NCBI RefSeq assembly: GCF_006345805.1
Contig: NW_021832561.1
Coordinates: 1 to 60,515, forward strand
Direction: 5' to 3'
Length of the DNA stretch: 60,515 nt
DNA from: Octopus sinensis
Lineage: Eukaryota
The notes under the pieces are model-generated. The model searched no databases. It was not told where the DNA came from and saw only the letters and a program-made list of their open reading frames with translations. The stretch's first letter is position 1. Each line of letters begins with the position of its first letter. Position numbers and translations under genes: made by a program. Below, in pieces: positions 38,299-51,630 of this stretch.

Positions 38299-39439
38299 GC
38301 CTTGTGATCCTCGGCAACGTTGACAATAAATCAGGCAACAGTCTTTTCTGTTCTACCTGTGTATATATTCTTCAGTCCAGTTTTCTCTTATGGTTGTGTG
38401 TGTGTGTATGCGTGTGGTCTACGTTGTGTTTATGGTTCTTTTGCGTTATGTATGTTGTTAGTTATCTAAAGAGTTATGGTCATTTTGTTTTGCTTTCACT
38501 TTTTCGTCTTTAGTTTTAGAATGTGTCAGGTATTATTTTCTAAAGTATGTATACGTAAGATTCGCGTTTGTATACTTTTTCTGGTTTTAGTTGGTTTGCT
38601 TTTTGTTGATTTTCTTTTCTGGTTGTGCTGTTTTGTAGTTTTTGCGTTTGTGTTTGTGTTGTTGCGATGTTGTGTTGTGCAGTGTTTGAGGGTATGTTGT
38701 GCTGGGTGCTGGGTGCTAGATGCTGGGTGTTGTGTTATGTTGTGCTGTGTTGCGCTATGCTACGTTGTGTTTTTGTACTGGTGTGTTGCGTGGTTTCCTA
38801 TGTGTAGTTGTGCTAAGTTTCTAGTGTGAGCGTATGCGTCAATCAGATGTGCGTGTGTGTGTCTCTGTGTATGTGTTTGTGTGTGCGTGTACGTGTACGT
38901 GTCTCTGTTTGTGTGTATGCATATGGGTTACTCCCGCTTGCGTTGTGTGCTGTGTGGCGCTAGTATTTCGTACGAAATTCGTTCCTTGTTATATTGCACA
39001 ATACTTATCGGTGTGTGGTGTTGTGTTTGAATCCGTTGCGTTGTGCTGTGGTTTCTCGTCTCACCTTTCCCCGTCTGTTGTGTTCTACCTTTTATTCTGC
39101 TATCCTCTAAAACACCATAGGTTGTCATGTCTTTTTTTTCAGGTGGTAAGTTTTACGTTTGTTTATTTGTCGCACACCGTTCGGCAACCTTTGTGTTTAT
39201 CTATCACATACCTCTAACAACAGGTGCTTCCTTATTGCTGCTTCTGTTAACCATACTATTCGCACTGTCAACGCCGATGATGTTGCTGTTATTGTTAATG
39301 TCTCTCTCATTCTCACTATTACCAGTGTTATTCCTATTATTGTCAACGCCGTTACTCATGTTGGTAGTGAAGTTTACTTGTTTACTACGAAAACTGTTGG
39401 AATTTATTTTATTAATGCAAAAGTTCTGTCTTCTATTTT

Positions 39440-39469
39440 CTTTACTACTACTACTACTACTACTACTAC

Positions 39470-39513
<44 letters not shown>

Positions 39514-39868
39514 CTTCTTCTTCTTCAGATTATTATAATCATTTTTCCCTTTATTTTTTTTAAATCTTATTCTTTCTAAAACTATTCTAACCGCATCTTA
39601 GCTCTATCTCACATCGAGTCGGCTTTTATTTTTCCCTCTCCTCTTCATTGCTCTTCATATTTTTTCCCAACTGTTTTTTCTTCGTGTGCCTATCTTTTTC
39701 TGCTACAGTTGATATTGCCCTTCTTCTTCTTCTTCTTCTTCTTCTTCTTCTTCTTCTTCTTCTTCTTCTTCTTCTTCTTCTTCTTCTTCTTCTTCTCCTC
39801 CTTTTTTCTGTTTACGCAGCTACAGTTTTTGCTTTACTTTCTCCTGTCATCACCATCATCATCACCAT

Positions 39869-39935
<67 letters not shown>

Positions 39936-39938
39936 GTT

Positions 39939-39977
<39 letters not shown>

Positions 39978-40105
39978 ATTATTATTACTCATTGTCATTC
40001 TTGTTGTTGCTGTTGATTTCGCTGTTGTCATTGGAAGTTGTTCCTGTTTTGTTGGTGGTCATTCTTTTCTGTGTGCATCAGACCGTTTTACTTTTATTAT
40101 TATTA

Positions 40106-40136
<31 letters not shown>

Positions 40137-40275
40137 CTACTACTACTACTACTACTACTAATACTAATACTAATACTACTACTACTATTACTACTAATAC
40201 TATTATTTCCTTATTCTTTACTTTTATTATTTGTCTTTCTTCAAAACATTTGTAGTGGCGGTTGTTGTTGTTGTG

Positions 40276-40325
<50 letters not shown>

Positions 40326-40335
40326 TATTGTTGTT
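39440..40335. repeat. Series of trinucleotide runs (CTA, AAT, CTT, TTA, TTG, GTA)
   Basis: Direct inspection; (CTT)n at 39718-39796. Confidence 0.92.
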
Positions 40336-41229
40336 GCTGTCGTATTTCTAATCGGAGAGAGACAGAGAAAAGGGGGGATTGTAATAACCGAGTTTATCTT
40401 CAAATTCTTTCTTAAGCACTCCCCCCCACCTGCACATACACACATTGTTATAAAAGGAAGCCGAAGAAATGACAAGGTGGACATATCCAATTAATGACCG
40501 TCGCAGTCTCATTTCCTGATTGATGTTGTTGTTACTGCTATTGTTTTCACAGTTTTGTAGCCGTTGTTGTTGTTGTTGATATTGTTTTTATTGTTGTTGA
40601 CCTCCCTGCTACTGCTGCTGCTGCTGCTGCTACTGTTGTTGTCGCCGTCCTCCCCGCTGTTTTTATCATTGTTGTTTTTGTTGGTAGTGGTGGTCATGGC
40701 GGTGGTAGTGATGTAATTTTGTCGCAGTTACATATACTGAGAGATATACCTAAAGATAAGGGAAATTGCGTAATGGATGTATGTATGTGTACATGCGTGT
40801 GTCTTTGTGTCTGTGTGTGTGTATGTGTGTATTTGCCAGTTTTTATCTGTCTACATATCTATGTGCCTGTATTTGCATACGTCTCGGTAAATATATATAT
40901 ATATGCACATGCCTATGTATGTGCGAGTGTGTTAGTGTGTGTATGGTGTATGTATGTGACACTTTGCATGTGTGTATGTGTGCCGTAAAGAAAACCGAGG
41001 GAGAGAGAATAAAAGAGATTAGAGGAAGACAGAGAAAAGGGGAAGGTGGGGAAGAAGAATGAAATTAAGAAAAGAAAGAACGCAAAAGCGAAAAAACAAA
41101 AAGGAAAGAAAGAATATATTAATGAATTAATAATAGAATAAAAGAAAGAAATAATGGAAGGAAGAATGAATTAAAGAATCAAAATAAGGAAAAGAAATAT
41201 TGAAAGAAAAAAAGAGAAAAAGCCACGAA

Positions 41230-41482
<253 letters not shown>

Positions 41483-42659
41483 GAAGAAATCAAAGGAAAA
41501 AATGAAAGTAAAAATAGTTGGAAGTGAAAGAGCTGTACTTAACGGCAAAAGTACTTCGAAAGAAATGTAGAAAAGTTGGATCAGTTCTAGGTGGCGCTGG
41601 TGTTGTTTTTATTGTTGTTGTTGCTGCTGTTGCTGCTGCCGATGTTATTGTTGTTGTTGATGTTGTTACCGTTGTCCTTCTTTAGTTCCACCTTTTGTGT
41701 GAACCCTGGTCGGTGGAACCGACCAATGGTCAAAGGCAAGATATTCCGGCCAACCCTGACCATCGCGTCAATTTTTTGATATCAAGCAACTGACAACTAG
41801 ATGATTTCAATCCGACCTTCTTTTTTTTTCCTTTAAGACGATGCTAACATATGATTTTTCAGCAAGCTGTGGCTGCCATTTCTAGTAGGTCAGCCGACCA
41901 CATAGAGGCATCTTCATTGGTTCATATTTATAGTTATCGTTCTTTTTGTTGTTGTTATATTAGTTGCTGTTATTGTTCATCATGTTGTAGTTGTTTTGTG
42001 AGGGGCGGGGATATTTGGGGGTTTCTATTGCTTCTTCTCTTGCCTAGACATCTCCTCCCATACCCACTACTCCTCCCCTTCCCCATTACTGCTGCTGCTG
42101 GTGCTGCGGTTATTACCTCTTCATATATTCTTTGCTGCTGTTACTGTTGTTGGTACTGCTACTTTCTCCCCGTCTCTCTCTCTCTCTCTCTCTCTCACTC
42201 TTTCTCATCCCACCTCTTTTTGTCTCCTCTTCTCTAATCCACATCTCGCATATCCTCTCTTCTTCCCTCCCTTTCTCCTCTCATTCCACCCGAGACCACC
42301 CTACCCGACCCTCACCTACCCGAACTCACCCGTCACATCCATTCCCCACCTCCTCCTCCCCCTCCAGCACCTTATCACCCTCCTCATATTCATCCTCATC
42401 CTCTCACTCTTATTAAATATCGCCAAATGTAGAATATTAATTCTTAACGGAATTGGTGATGGAATCACTCGTTTCCAAATTCAATATTCCCTTCTCCACA
42501 ACATCGATATTTATTCATATTCACATCTTTAAACCAGGATGTGTTTTCTCTTTCAGCGTCCTGTTTTGGAGGCTTCTTCTTTCTGTGTTTTTCTTTTTTC
42601 CTTTTCTGTAAGCAATCACCCACTTGATGGCGAGGTTATAAAGCTAAAACAAAATATTT

Positions 42660-43570
42660 AATAACAAAAGTGAAAGGGAAGTTGGTCACCTTCTTTTCTC
42701 TCATCCGTTGCTCAGTTCTTTACTCTAAAAATGTTGAAACGAAAAAGGGGAAAGATGTGGCCTCGTCTGTCCCGTCATCCTTTGCACATTTAGTTCCCGT
42801 AAAAGAAATATGAAAAAAATACATATAATATCAGAGGGCAAAAGTATGTTGTCTCATCGTTTTTCATCATCCAAAAAAACATTTTCAAAAACATGAGTTG
42901 GCCCCGTATCTTTTTCCGTCATCCTTAAAAAGTCATTTGTCCTAAAAGAGATTTAAAGAAAAATAGGAAAGAAGAGGTGGACCCGTTTTTCCCCTGCATC
43001 CTTTGCACAATTATTTCCTCTAAAACATATTTGAGAGAAAATAAATAATAAATAAAAGAGGGCAAAAGTATGTTGTCTCGTTTCTTTCTCTTATCAGCCA
43101 CCAGGAAAACCATTGGCCTTGAAAAAAATTCAAGAAAAAAAAGAAGGAAAGAAGATGCGGTCTTGTTTTTCCTATCTTCCTTTGCTCTATCATTGATACT
43201 TTAAACAAATTGCAAGGAATGCATGTAGTTGCCTTACCCTTTAAAGAATGTTTTGAAAATGGGATATGATTTCGTTATTCTCGTCATATTTTTGCACAAT
43301 ATTTTACCCTAAAAGATAAATAAGAACGAGAAAACAAAAGCAATAGGAAGATGGTCTTGTTTTTTGGCCATCCTTAGCGCAAACATTTGCCATGGAAAAC
43401 AATTTTCTTAGGAATAAGAGAAAAAGAACAGAAGACAAATAGTCTTCTCCTTCTCGTTGTCGTTTGCACAATTATTCATCGTGGAAAATATATTTAAAAA
43501 ATAAGGAAAAGTGAGAGGCTTTCGCTCTCTCCCTTCATGCTTTGCACCATCATTGTGTTCTCAAGAAAAA
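42660..43570. repeat. Highly degenerate ~80-100-bp tandem repeat
   Basis: Anchor (g)tcatcctttgcacaatt-like recurs at ~42700, 42775, 42866, 42918, 42996, 43093, 43174, 43283, 43368, 43460, 43535. Confidence 0.6.
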
Positions 43571-43789
43571 ACTCAGCCAAAAAACCCAAGTGTAAAATAA
43601 GCATTCTTCGTGGAAAATGGCGATTTTGACGTCTATATCTAGCATATAGGCTGTCCACTTTTAGTGTTCAGTCTTCTAAATTTTGTACGTAAAAAAATTT
43701 TTAATCTTTTGATTTTTTTAAAATATGCTAAGCCACTGGTTTTAATTGATTAATATCAATTTCTACCCTTATTTAATTATATATATACA

Positions 43790-44971
43790 CACAGGGTGTG
43801 TCAATTTTTTGAAGTCATATGTATGAATTTAGAAAAAGACGTTCAGTTCATCAAAGGAAGGCTGTTTTTGTAAAGAAATTGGTGCAGGTAATCCTGAGAA
43901 TTCTTTTATCACATCTACTCAATTAATCCACCGTCAACATCAGAGACTACTTCAAAATGGAGTATCAGATAATCTTTATCAATTTGGGAAATAATGCTGC
44001 TTATAGCAGACCTGAGAGACGGTAAGGTGTTAAGGAGGCGTTTCTTGTTATCTATCTCGACTGTTCCTCATGAATAATACTAGGAAGCCATGTGTCTGGG
44101 AGTCATGATCATTGTGATAGGCACACATCTACGTTTAGGTTGTCCAAGCCTTATGAGAAGGTGCAGAGTTTTGTTGCTAGAGGTATAGGATTTCCATTGC
44201 TCACTCTATCCATCCACAGCCATAAAGCTTTCTCCAAAAGCGATGTGTAGACAGTAGCATTAACTCTTAAACCCTTTGTAAAAAGTGGTGAGGTATTATA
44301 TCTCCCTCGTTGCTAACGGCTCCCAGAAAAATCACAGTTACTGAAAACATAGTAAGCATAATATAAGGAATCTCACTTGGGTCTCTGCATAACCATCTGT
44401 CGTTCCTTTGGTTTATACTTTGGTTTTGATAGAAGTTTACCTCATCGGAGAAAAGCCTAAACATCCAGCCTCTTGGTGTTTCAACTTGTTTAGTATGTGC
44501 TTTGCACGGATCGAACGATTCTTTACTGTCACATCGAACAAAAACTGACTCCTCAGCATCGTATATGACCTGTACCGGAAGTCCTCGTGCACAGCTCTTC
44601 GAATGGTGCATTCTAAAACCTTGAGATCTCTTGCAATAAATTTGATTTCCGGGTATTTTAGCTATTATTTCTTGATTGTTTTCGACTACTTTATATGTCG
44701 TGATGCTATTAGGACCCTGCGCATGCGTTGAGATCAGCTGCTAATATTGAATCCCCATCTGCAGCCTCCAGCTCCTTTAAAACTTTGACAACGAAGGATC
44801 GGGAAAATTTTCAGAAGAGAGCAATCTCTGTATCACTAAACCGCGATTCTGCCTTTTCATTTGTTTATTTAATCTTTTGTTAACCTTTTATTTGAAAAAT
44901 ACTGCAAAAAAAAAACGAGTTAGAATAATGTCAGAGCTCTTGAAAGAGGTGTCATCAAAAAGCTGATATAT

Positions 44972-44975
<4 letters not shown>
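43790..44975 (-). mobile_element. Decayed Tc1/mariner element, maT (DD37D)-like transposase remnant
   Basis: Minus strand from ATG 44860: IARDLKVLECTIRRAVHEDFRYRSY, FSDEVNFYQNQSINQRNDRWLCRDPSE, VIFLGAVSNEGDIIPHHF, LRVNATVY, QQNSAPSHKA, NTLPSLRSAI..DKDYLI..DGGLIE. Frameshifted. Confidence 0.88.
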
Positions 44976-45011
<36 letters not shown>

Positions 45012-45014
<3 letters not shown>

Positions 45015-45217
45015 TAATCTCTCGCCATATCGCGGTTCACTTATCGCGCACTCAGTACTTCGCGGATTTTCCTGGGTAATAAAGGTAAATTTATAATGCG
45101 GACTCCTTAGTATTTCGCGGGTTTCTGCAGCCGATAGTTCTTTATATCTTTTTAGATTTTAATTATTTCCGCGGGAAGTTTTGGAACGTAACACATGTGA
45201 TAGTCGAGTGATTACTA
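45012..45217. mobile_element. Tigger/pogo-like MITE (~206 bp)
   Basis: TIRs CAGTAATCTCTCG (45012) and CGAGTGATTACTA (45205-45217; 11/13 match), flanked by TA on both sides. Confidence 0.8.
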
Positions 45218-45872
45218 TACATATATATTTGTGTGTGTGTGTGTGTGTGTATTCATGTATGAGTGTACAATTTATAGGAAAAATCCAAGGGAATAATTAC
45301 AAGGTAGCTAAATGATGCTTAAGTGACCCAGGAAACAATGGTCATAATTGTGTGGGATTTGTGTCCGGCGAGACGCGAGACGTATTTAGGAGAAAATAGG
45401 AAAAATTCAAAAATGGAGAGAAATGCTTAAGATGTTATTAAATCATTCACGTCTTCATAATGATATCATGATAGAAATAATTTAATAACATTTTGAGTGT
45501 TTGTCTCGATTTTCAATTTTTCCTAAATAACTTATTTTGCTATTAGTATTTAGTCACGTGTCACTCATGTTTTATCGTTTAGCATTTATTTTTCTTGTCA
45601 TTGGACTGCAGCCTAGGTAGGATGCTTCCTTAAAGACTTTAGTCGAACAAATCGACATTAACATTGACAGATAGCAGGTACATGGCATGCAATAAGTGTT
45701 CAGAATAAACCAAGCGTCTAAACACGGACATCATATACAGGGATGTAGACTCCCAGCCATTAGAGTTGGTTATTGCCAATGTAGTGATCGATCTGAGGAA
45801 GGCTTAATAGAAAAAATATGGACAGGTAGTAGCAAGGTGTCAAATGAATTTATAACATACTGAAGAAAGAAC

Positions 45873-45912
<40 letters not shown>

Positions 45913-46626
45913 TAGGCGCAGGCCGGTCCAAATGCGTGGAACCAATCAGCCACACGCCTTCAGTGAAGGGTAGAACTTAAGAACTATTTTTGAAATTATT
46001 GTCATATCTGTCAGGTACGTTCTTGCTTTGCTTACAGACCTCAGCTTGCGCATACAGCACCTGAAACAATGGCATAACCAAAATAGAAACATAATTAAGT
46101 TCCAATTTAAATTAAGACGTTTCAGATCTGAAGACAAAAGACAATACATTTGCGAATCTATGTTATCTTACATTTTGAAAATAATTTTGAATTCTTCATA
46201 ATAAGAATCAGTCAGTTTCTTAGCAAAGAAAATTTAAGCCCTGTCTGGCTGGAATATAAATATTTAAATAGTAAAAACAGGAGACATTTATATATCCAAC
46301 TTTACAAAAGTGTTGTATATATTTACCGTTATGCGTTTAGTATTTACTTACAATATATGTGAGAAATTCTCACTCTCATCACCTGAAAACACTGGCTTTT
46401 CGAAACCATTACTTAATCATTTAGTAAGAGAGCTAAGTGCACTAACAATTATCGGTAGAATATATCAATATTTAATATAGGTTAACGAAGTTGAAGCAAT
46501 GTCAGTAAATTTTGGTAAATATTCTGTTTGTTAGAGAATTTGAAAGAAAGATTCTTCACAACCGCATCGAAGGAGCCTCTTTACCTGTAATCAGCTTTGC
46601 TTTTTCTGTATACACGCATAATTTTT

Positions 46627-46831
46627 TTTACTTGTTTCAGTCATTTGACTGCGGCCATGCTGGAGCACCACCTTTAGTCGAATCAAATTGACCCCAGGAC
46701 TTATTCTTTGTAAGCCTAGTACTTATTCTATCGGTCTCTTAGGCCGAACCGCTAAGTTTATGGGGACCTAAACACACCGACATCGGTTGTCAAGCAATGT
46801 TGGGGGAGGAACAAACACAGATATACAACAT

Positions 46832-46884
<53 letters not shown>

Positions 46885-47036
46885 TACGACAGGCTTCTTT
46901 CAGTTTCCGTCTACCAAATCCACTCATAAGGCTTTGGTCGGCCCGAGGCTATAGTAGACGACACTTGCCCAAGGTGCCACGCAGTGGGACTGAACCCGGA
47001 ACCATGTGGTTGGTAAGCAAGCTACTTACCACACAT
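46627..47036 (-). mobile_element. SINE family A, full length, young
   Basis: Close match to 24185-24619 along its length. Confidence 0.93.
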
Positions 47037-47404
47037 CCATATATATATATAATCCTATCAAAGGGAAATTGAAATTAATTAAAATTTACATTTCCAGTGG
47101 CCTAACGTGTAAAAATTTAGTCCAAAAGACTATGTATTAGTCATAAGATACAGTGTACATTTAAACACATAAGGAATCCACTCGTGGGATTCAACACGCT
47201 AGAAAGAACAGCTACATTATGGTAAAATATTTTATTTTTCATTTCGTTCCTGGCGAACTTTATCCCTAATTTTGTGGTTATAGAACCTATATGTCTATAA
47301 GGACGAAATTAAGTATTTAAATACATGAAATGGCTTTTTTTTTTCTAGAAATTAATCTTTCAAAAATGACTGTGTCTATTCATTTCTCAGATGTCCATTT
47401 ATAT

Positions 47405-47715
47405 GCTCCATCATTAATACACTAATATATTTAGCTGTGTTATTAATACAGTAACATATAAGCTTTATCATTGATATTATAATATATAATGTTTATCATT
47501 ACTAAACGAATATATGTTTTATCATTATCATTCTAATATATATTATCATTCTAATATATGTATATATATTATAATATATAATGTTTATCATTAATAAACC
47601 ATAACAAGCATTATCATAGATTTACTAATATACACGCTTCATCATTAATATACAAATACATATAAACTTTATTATTAATCAACAAATATATAAGCTTTAT
47701 CATTAATAAACGATC
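47405..47715. repeat. Degenerate AT-rich minisatellite with TTATCATT core
   Basis: About 11 tttatcatta-like units at 25-35-bp spacing. Confidence 0.75.
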
Positions 47716-47746
47716 AACACTACATCGTTACATTCTCTCTCTCTCC

Positions 47747-47777
<31 letters not shown>

Positions 47778-47918
47778 TCGTTCTTTCTCTCTATCCACTA
47801 ACTTACTGGGGCTTGGTTCTTCTTTCAAATTAAAATCAATTGTTGTTATAATTATCGATAAAATAATATGTTCGGTAAGTGAAGTAATTTAATATTTCGA
47901 TGAATTCTATTGAAATTT

Positions 47919-48596
47919 AATGATTTTAATATTTCGACGTTTTGAAAATTTTGAAAAAAAATTGCAAAAAAATAACTAACAATAAATTATTGTTCTATTA
48001 TGATGTCATCTTAATTACATTTTCCTTTGTTTATGCTTTTTTCCAAACAAGAAGGAAAATTGAAAGGAGAACTGAACAGTTTAGTAAATCATTGATTTTT
48101 ATTGTCTTTTTTAACTGAGTTTTTTTATTATTATAAATATGACGTCAATATCTTCCCATTACCAACAAGACTTCCTTCCCGACATATTGTGTTTTTATAA
48201 AACAAAACTGCAGAACGGTATTTTCACTTCCTTGGTTCTACATTGTTTTATCAGACATCAACTCCGGTCTTAGAGATTGCTTCTTGTAATAGAAACTAGC
48301 TTTGAAGTGTAACACTGCTGATGTGGTACTCTCTCGTTGCTTCGAGCTAAACGAAATCCACACCTGCCCCCAAACGACCATCAGTCCAAGCTCGCCCGAG
48401 TGCAAGGTCAAACCTAACAGACTTCGAATGGCATCTTCTATTTATTCCCGTCGATCTTTTCCCATTCCCGCTGAGTTTTCTTGTTTGGAAAAAAAGTATG
48501 AAACAAAGCAAAATGTAATTAAGATGACATCATAATTTTTTTTTTTTTTGCAATTTTTTTTCAAAGTTTTCAAAACGTCGAAATATTAAAATCATT
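47919..48596. mobile_element. Foldback/MITE-like element with ~120-135-bp inverted arms
   Basis: 47919-48053 is the reverse complement of 48478-48596, apart from a ~15-bp indel and a few substitutions. Confidence 0.8.
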
Positions 48597-48995
48597 TGTG
48601 CGGATGCTAGTGGCTAGAGTTTTGATTTGCTAAACAACCCCGGCAATGAATATTATTATTGTAGTCCTGGTTTCTGCAGGACCAGTTCCACTCTCCTGTC
48701 CTCCGAACTTGAGTTGTTCTGGCACAAGTGCAATGAGCCGCCGAGTAGTTATCAAAGTTTAGGAGCTGTGTGAAGTTATCTCCCTTTAGACAAGCAGTCA
48801 TGAAGCTGAAGAGCCTTCTCTTGCCCAGGTCTGTCCCAGGATATGGGAGTGAGCTTCTTCCGGATGCAGTTCCGTGACCGGGTCCCTGAAAAGTGTTACC
48901 ACTTTGAGTCAGAATAGACCTGGGAATAATAGTGGCAAAACCATGGAGCCCCGGAATCAGGGTCCCACTATCGGATGCAGTTTGAAGTCATACCC

Positions 48996-49294
48996 CGAAA
49001 GGATGAAAGGCAAAGTAGACCTCGGCGGAATTTGAACTCAGAACGTAGCGGTAGACGAATACCTATTTATTTACTACCCACAAGGGGCTAAACACAGAGA
49101 GGACAAACAAGGACAGACAAACGGATTAAGTTGATTACATCGACCCCAGTGCGTAACTGCTACTTATTCAATCAACCCCGAATGGAGGAAAGGCAAAGTC
49201 GACCTCGTCGGAATTTGAACTCAGAACGTAGCGACAGACGAAATACGGCAACGCATTTCGCCCGGCGTGCTAACGGTTCTGCCAGCTCGCCGCC
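48996..49294 (-). mobile_element. Family-B SINE (49058-49294) running into a partial second unit (48996-49057)
   Basis: Reverse complement of 55483-55720, plus a repeated internal segment. Confidence 0.9.
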
Positions 49295-49729
49295 ATCGCC
49301 GCTTTATAATAATAAAGTTATGCAACCGTGTAGTGGACCGCTCGTTGATTCATTCCAAATATCAGCTAAATGTTGTATAATTCACGTGTTTGGCCACTGT
49401 TGTGACTTAATGTAGGGAAATCTTCAGGTTACCAATATTAGCTAACCTTTATGTTTCCTTGGAAGCTGTCATATTTTCTAACCTTTAGCAACGTTTACTC
49501 TTAAAACTTCGTATAAACACAGGAGAATTGAAAATGGAATGTTTGAAATGCAAATCGTTAGTTTGTGTCATAGAATAAACCTTCTTGTTGGAGGCCATTT
49601 ATTGGATTTTCGTAAAAACACATCGGTAACACAGTTACACAAACAGAAAGCAAGAGATCTACACATGCAGAACGTGTTCAACACTGTATCTTCAATAATA
49701 CGACACACTACAACTTAATCATAAACAAC

Positions 49730-50340
49730 ATAGGCGCAGGCGTGGCTGTGTGGTAAGAAGCTTGGAACAATAACATCTAACCGTTGTGTAGGCGGCGAGG
49801 AGCTGGCAGAGACGTTAGCACGCCGGGCGAAATTGCTTACCGGTATTTCGTCTGCTGCTACGTTCTGAGTTCAAATTCCGCCGAGGTCGACTTTGGCTTT
49901 TATTCTTTCGGGGTCGATAAATTAAGTACCAGTTACTCACTGGGGTCGATGTAATCGACTTAGATCCTTTGTCTGCGCTTGTTTGTCCCCTCTATGTTCA
50001 ACCCCCTGTGGGCAATAAAGAAATAAGTAGCTTGCTTCTCAACCGCATGGTTCTGGGTTCCGTCCCACCGCGTGTATGTGTGTGTGCGTCTGTTTATCTG
50101 CCTTTATCGTTCTGTCTTGGTGTTTGTCCCTCACTACCGCTTGACAATCTGTGTTAGTATGATTCCGTTCCCTTAATCTAGCGGTTCGGCAAAACAGCCC
50201 AATAGAATAAGCACCAGACTTTAAAATAAAAAAAAAAAGACTGAAATCGATTGAATTGACTAAACAACATTCAAGGCGGTGTCCCAGCATGGCCGCAGCC
50301 TAAAGACTGAAGTACAAAAAAGTGTAAAACATGGATAAAA
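49730..50340 (+). mobile_element. Family-A SINE interrupted by a family-B SINE (49765-50023)
   Basis: The A head breaks after taagaagcttg and resumes at taagtagcttgcttctcaacc; the B copy lies between. Confidence 0.88.
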
Positions 50341-50409
50341 AAGCACCAAGATCACACATTAAAAGATGGATAAATCTACAGTTATATTCTTCTGTTTAAC
50401 TAATGATCT

Positions 50410-50945
50410 TATAGTGAAGGCGAGTGGCTTAGTGGTTTGGGGTGTCGCGCTCACAATCTGGCAATCGTGGTTTCGATTCTCAGACCAGCTGTACGTTATG
50501 TTCTTGAGCAAAACACTTTATTTCATGTGGCTGCCGACCACCAAACTGTAAATGAGTTGCCCTGCGACAAACTAGCCTAGCGATCAGAGGAGATGTTGGC
50601 TTTCTTTCCTAGCCAGCGTGGTGGCGTCATCCGATAGCTAAAACAGTGCGAAGAGCATTGTGACCAGCGATGAATAACAACATCCGATACTCCGACCGAT
50701 ACTGTGATATATATGTGTGTGTGTACATATATATTTATATGAATTTAATTAGAGGAGATGTTAACCTCGTGCAGGGATAGTTGCATACAAGGAAAAACTG
50801 GTTCAATACCTAGTATTTTGGAGGAATGAAATTCCCTTAAAACAATAGATATATATTAAGCATACAGCTTGTATCCATTTAAAAGAAGAAAAGAATATGA
50901 GATAAGGAAGTTGTAAGAAGAAAAGATAACCAAATATTTTAATAA

Positions 50946-50995
<50 letters not shown>

Positions 50996-51630
50996 CATAC
51001 ATATATATATATATATTCTTTTATTCTTTTACTTGTGTCAGTCGTTAGACTGTGGCCATGCTGGAGCATCGCCTTCAGTCGAGCAAATCAACCCCAGGAC
51101 TTATTCTTTATAAGCCTAGTACTTATTCGATCAGTCTCTTTTGCCAAACTGCTAAGTTACGGGGACGTAAACACACCAGCATCGGTTGTCAAGCGATGTG
51201 TCGAAATGATCCCAGAGCAATGTGAGATGAAGTGACTGATTTTTTCAAGGACACAACGCAACAGCCGCTCCAGGAATTGAAACCACGATCTGCCGATCGA
51301 GAGTGCAACACGTTAGCCTCTAGCGCATGCGCCCTGGGTGAACTTGGGTGTATGAATACTTTATCCCCAAAATCTCGCTAGTAGGAGGCGCGTGGCTTAG
51401 TGGTTCAGATGTTGGACTCATGATCATAAGATTGAGGTTTCGATTCCTGGACCGAGCGATGCCTCGTCTCCTTGAGCAAAACTCTTCATTTCACTTCAAC
51501 GCTTCATTGTTCTCAGCTGGCAAAAATGAGTAATCCGGTAACGGACCGGTGCCCGTCAGGCGGAAAACATATACGCCATGAAAACGGGAAGCCGGCCCTT
51601 ATGAGTCTTTATGACTCGAGAAGGTAACTT
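50410..51630. mobile_element. Cluster of family C/D-like heads (50410-50690 +, 51230-51330 -, 51380-51630 +) and a family-A 3' part (51017-51200 -)
   Basis: A boxes TGGCTTAGTGG, B-box-like GGTTTCGATTC, cttgagcaaaac core-like segment. Confidence 0.75.
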
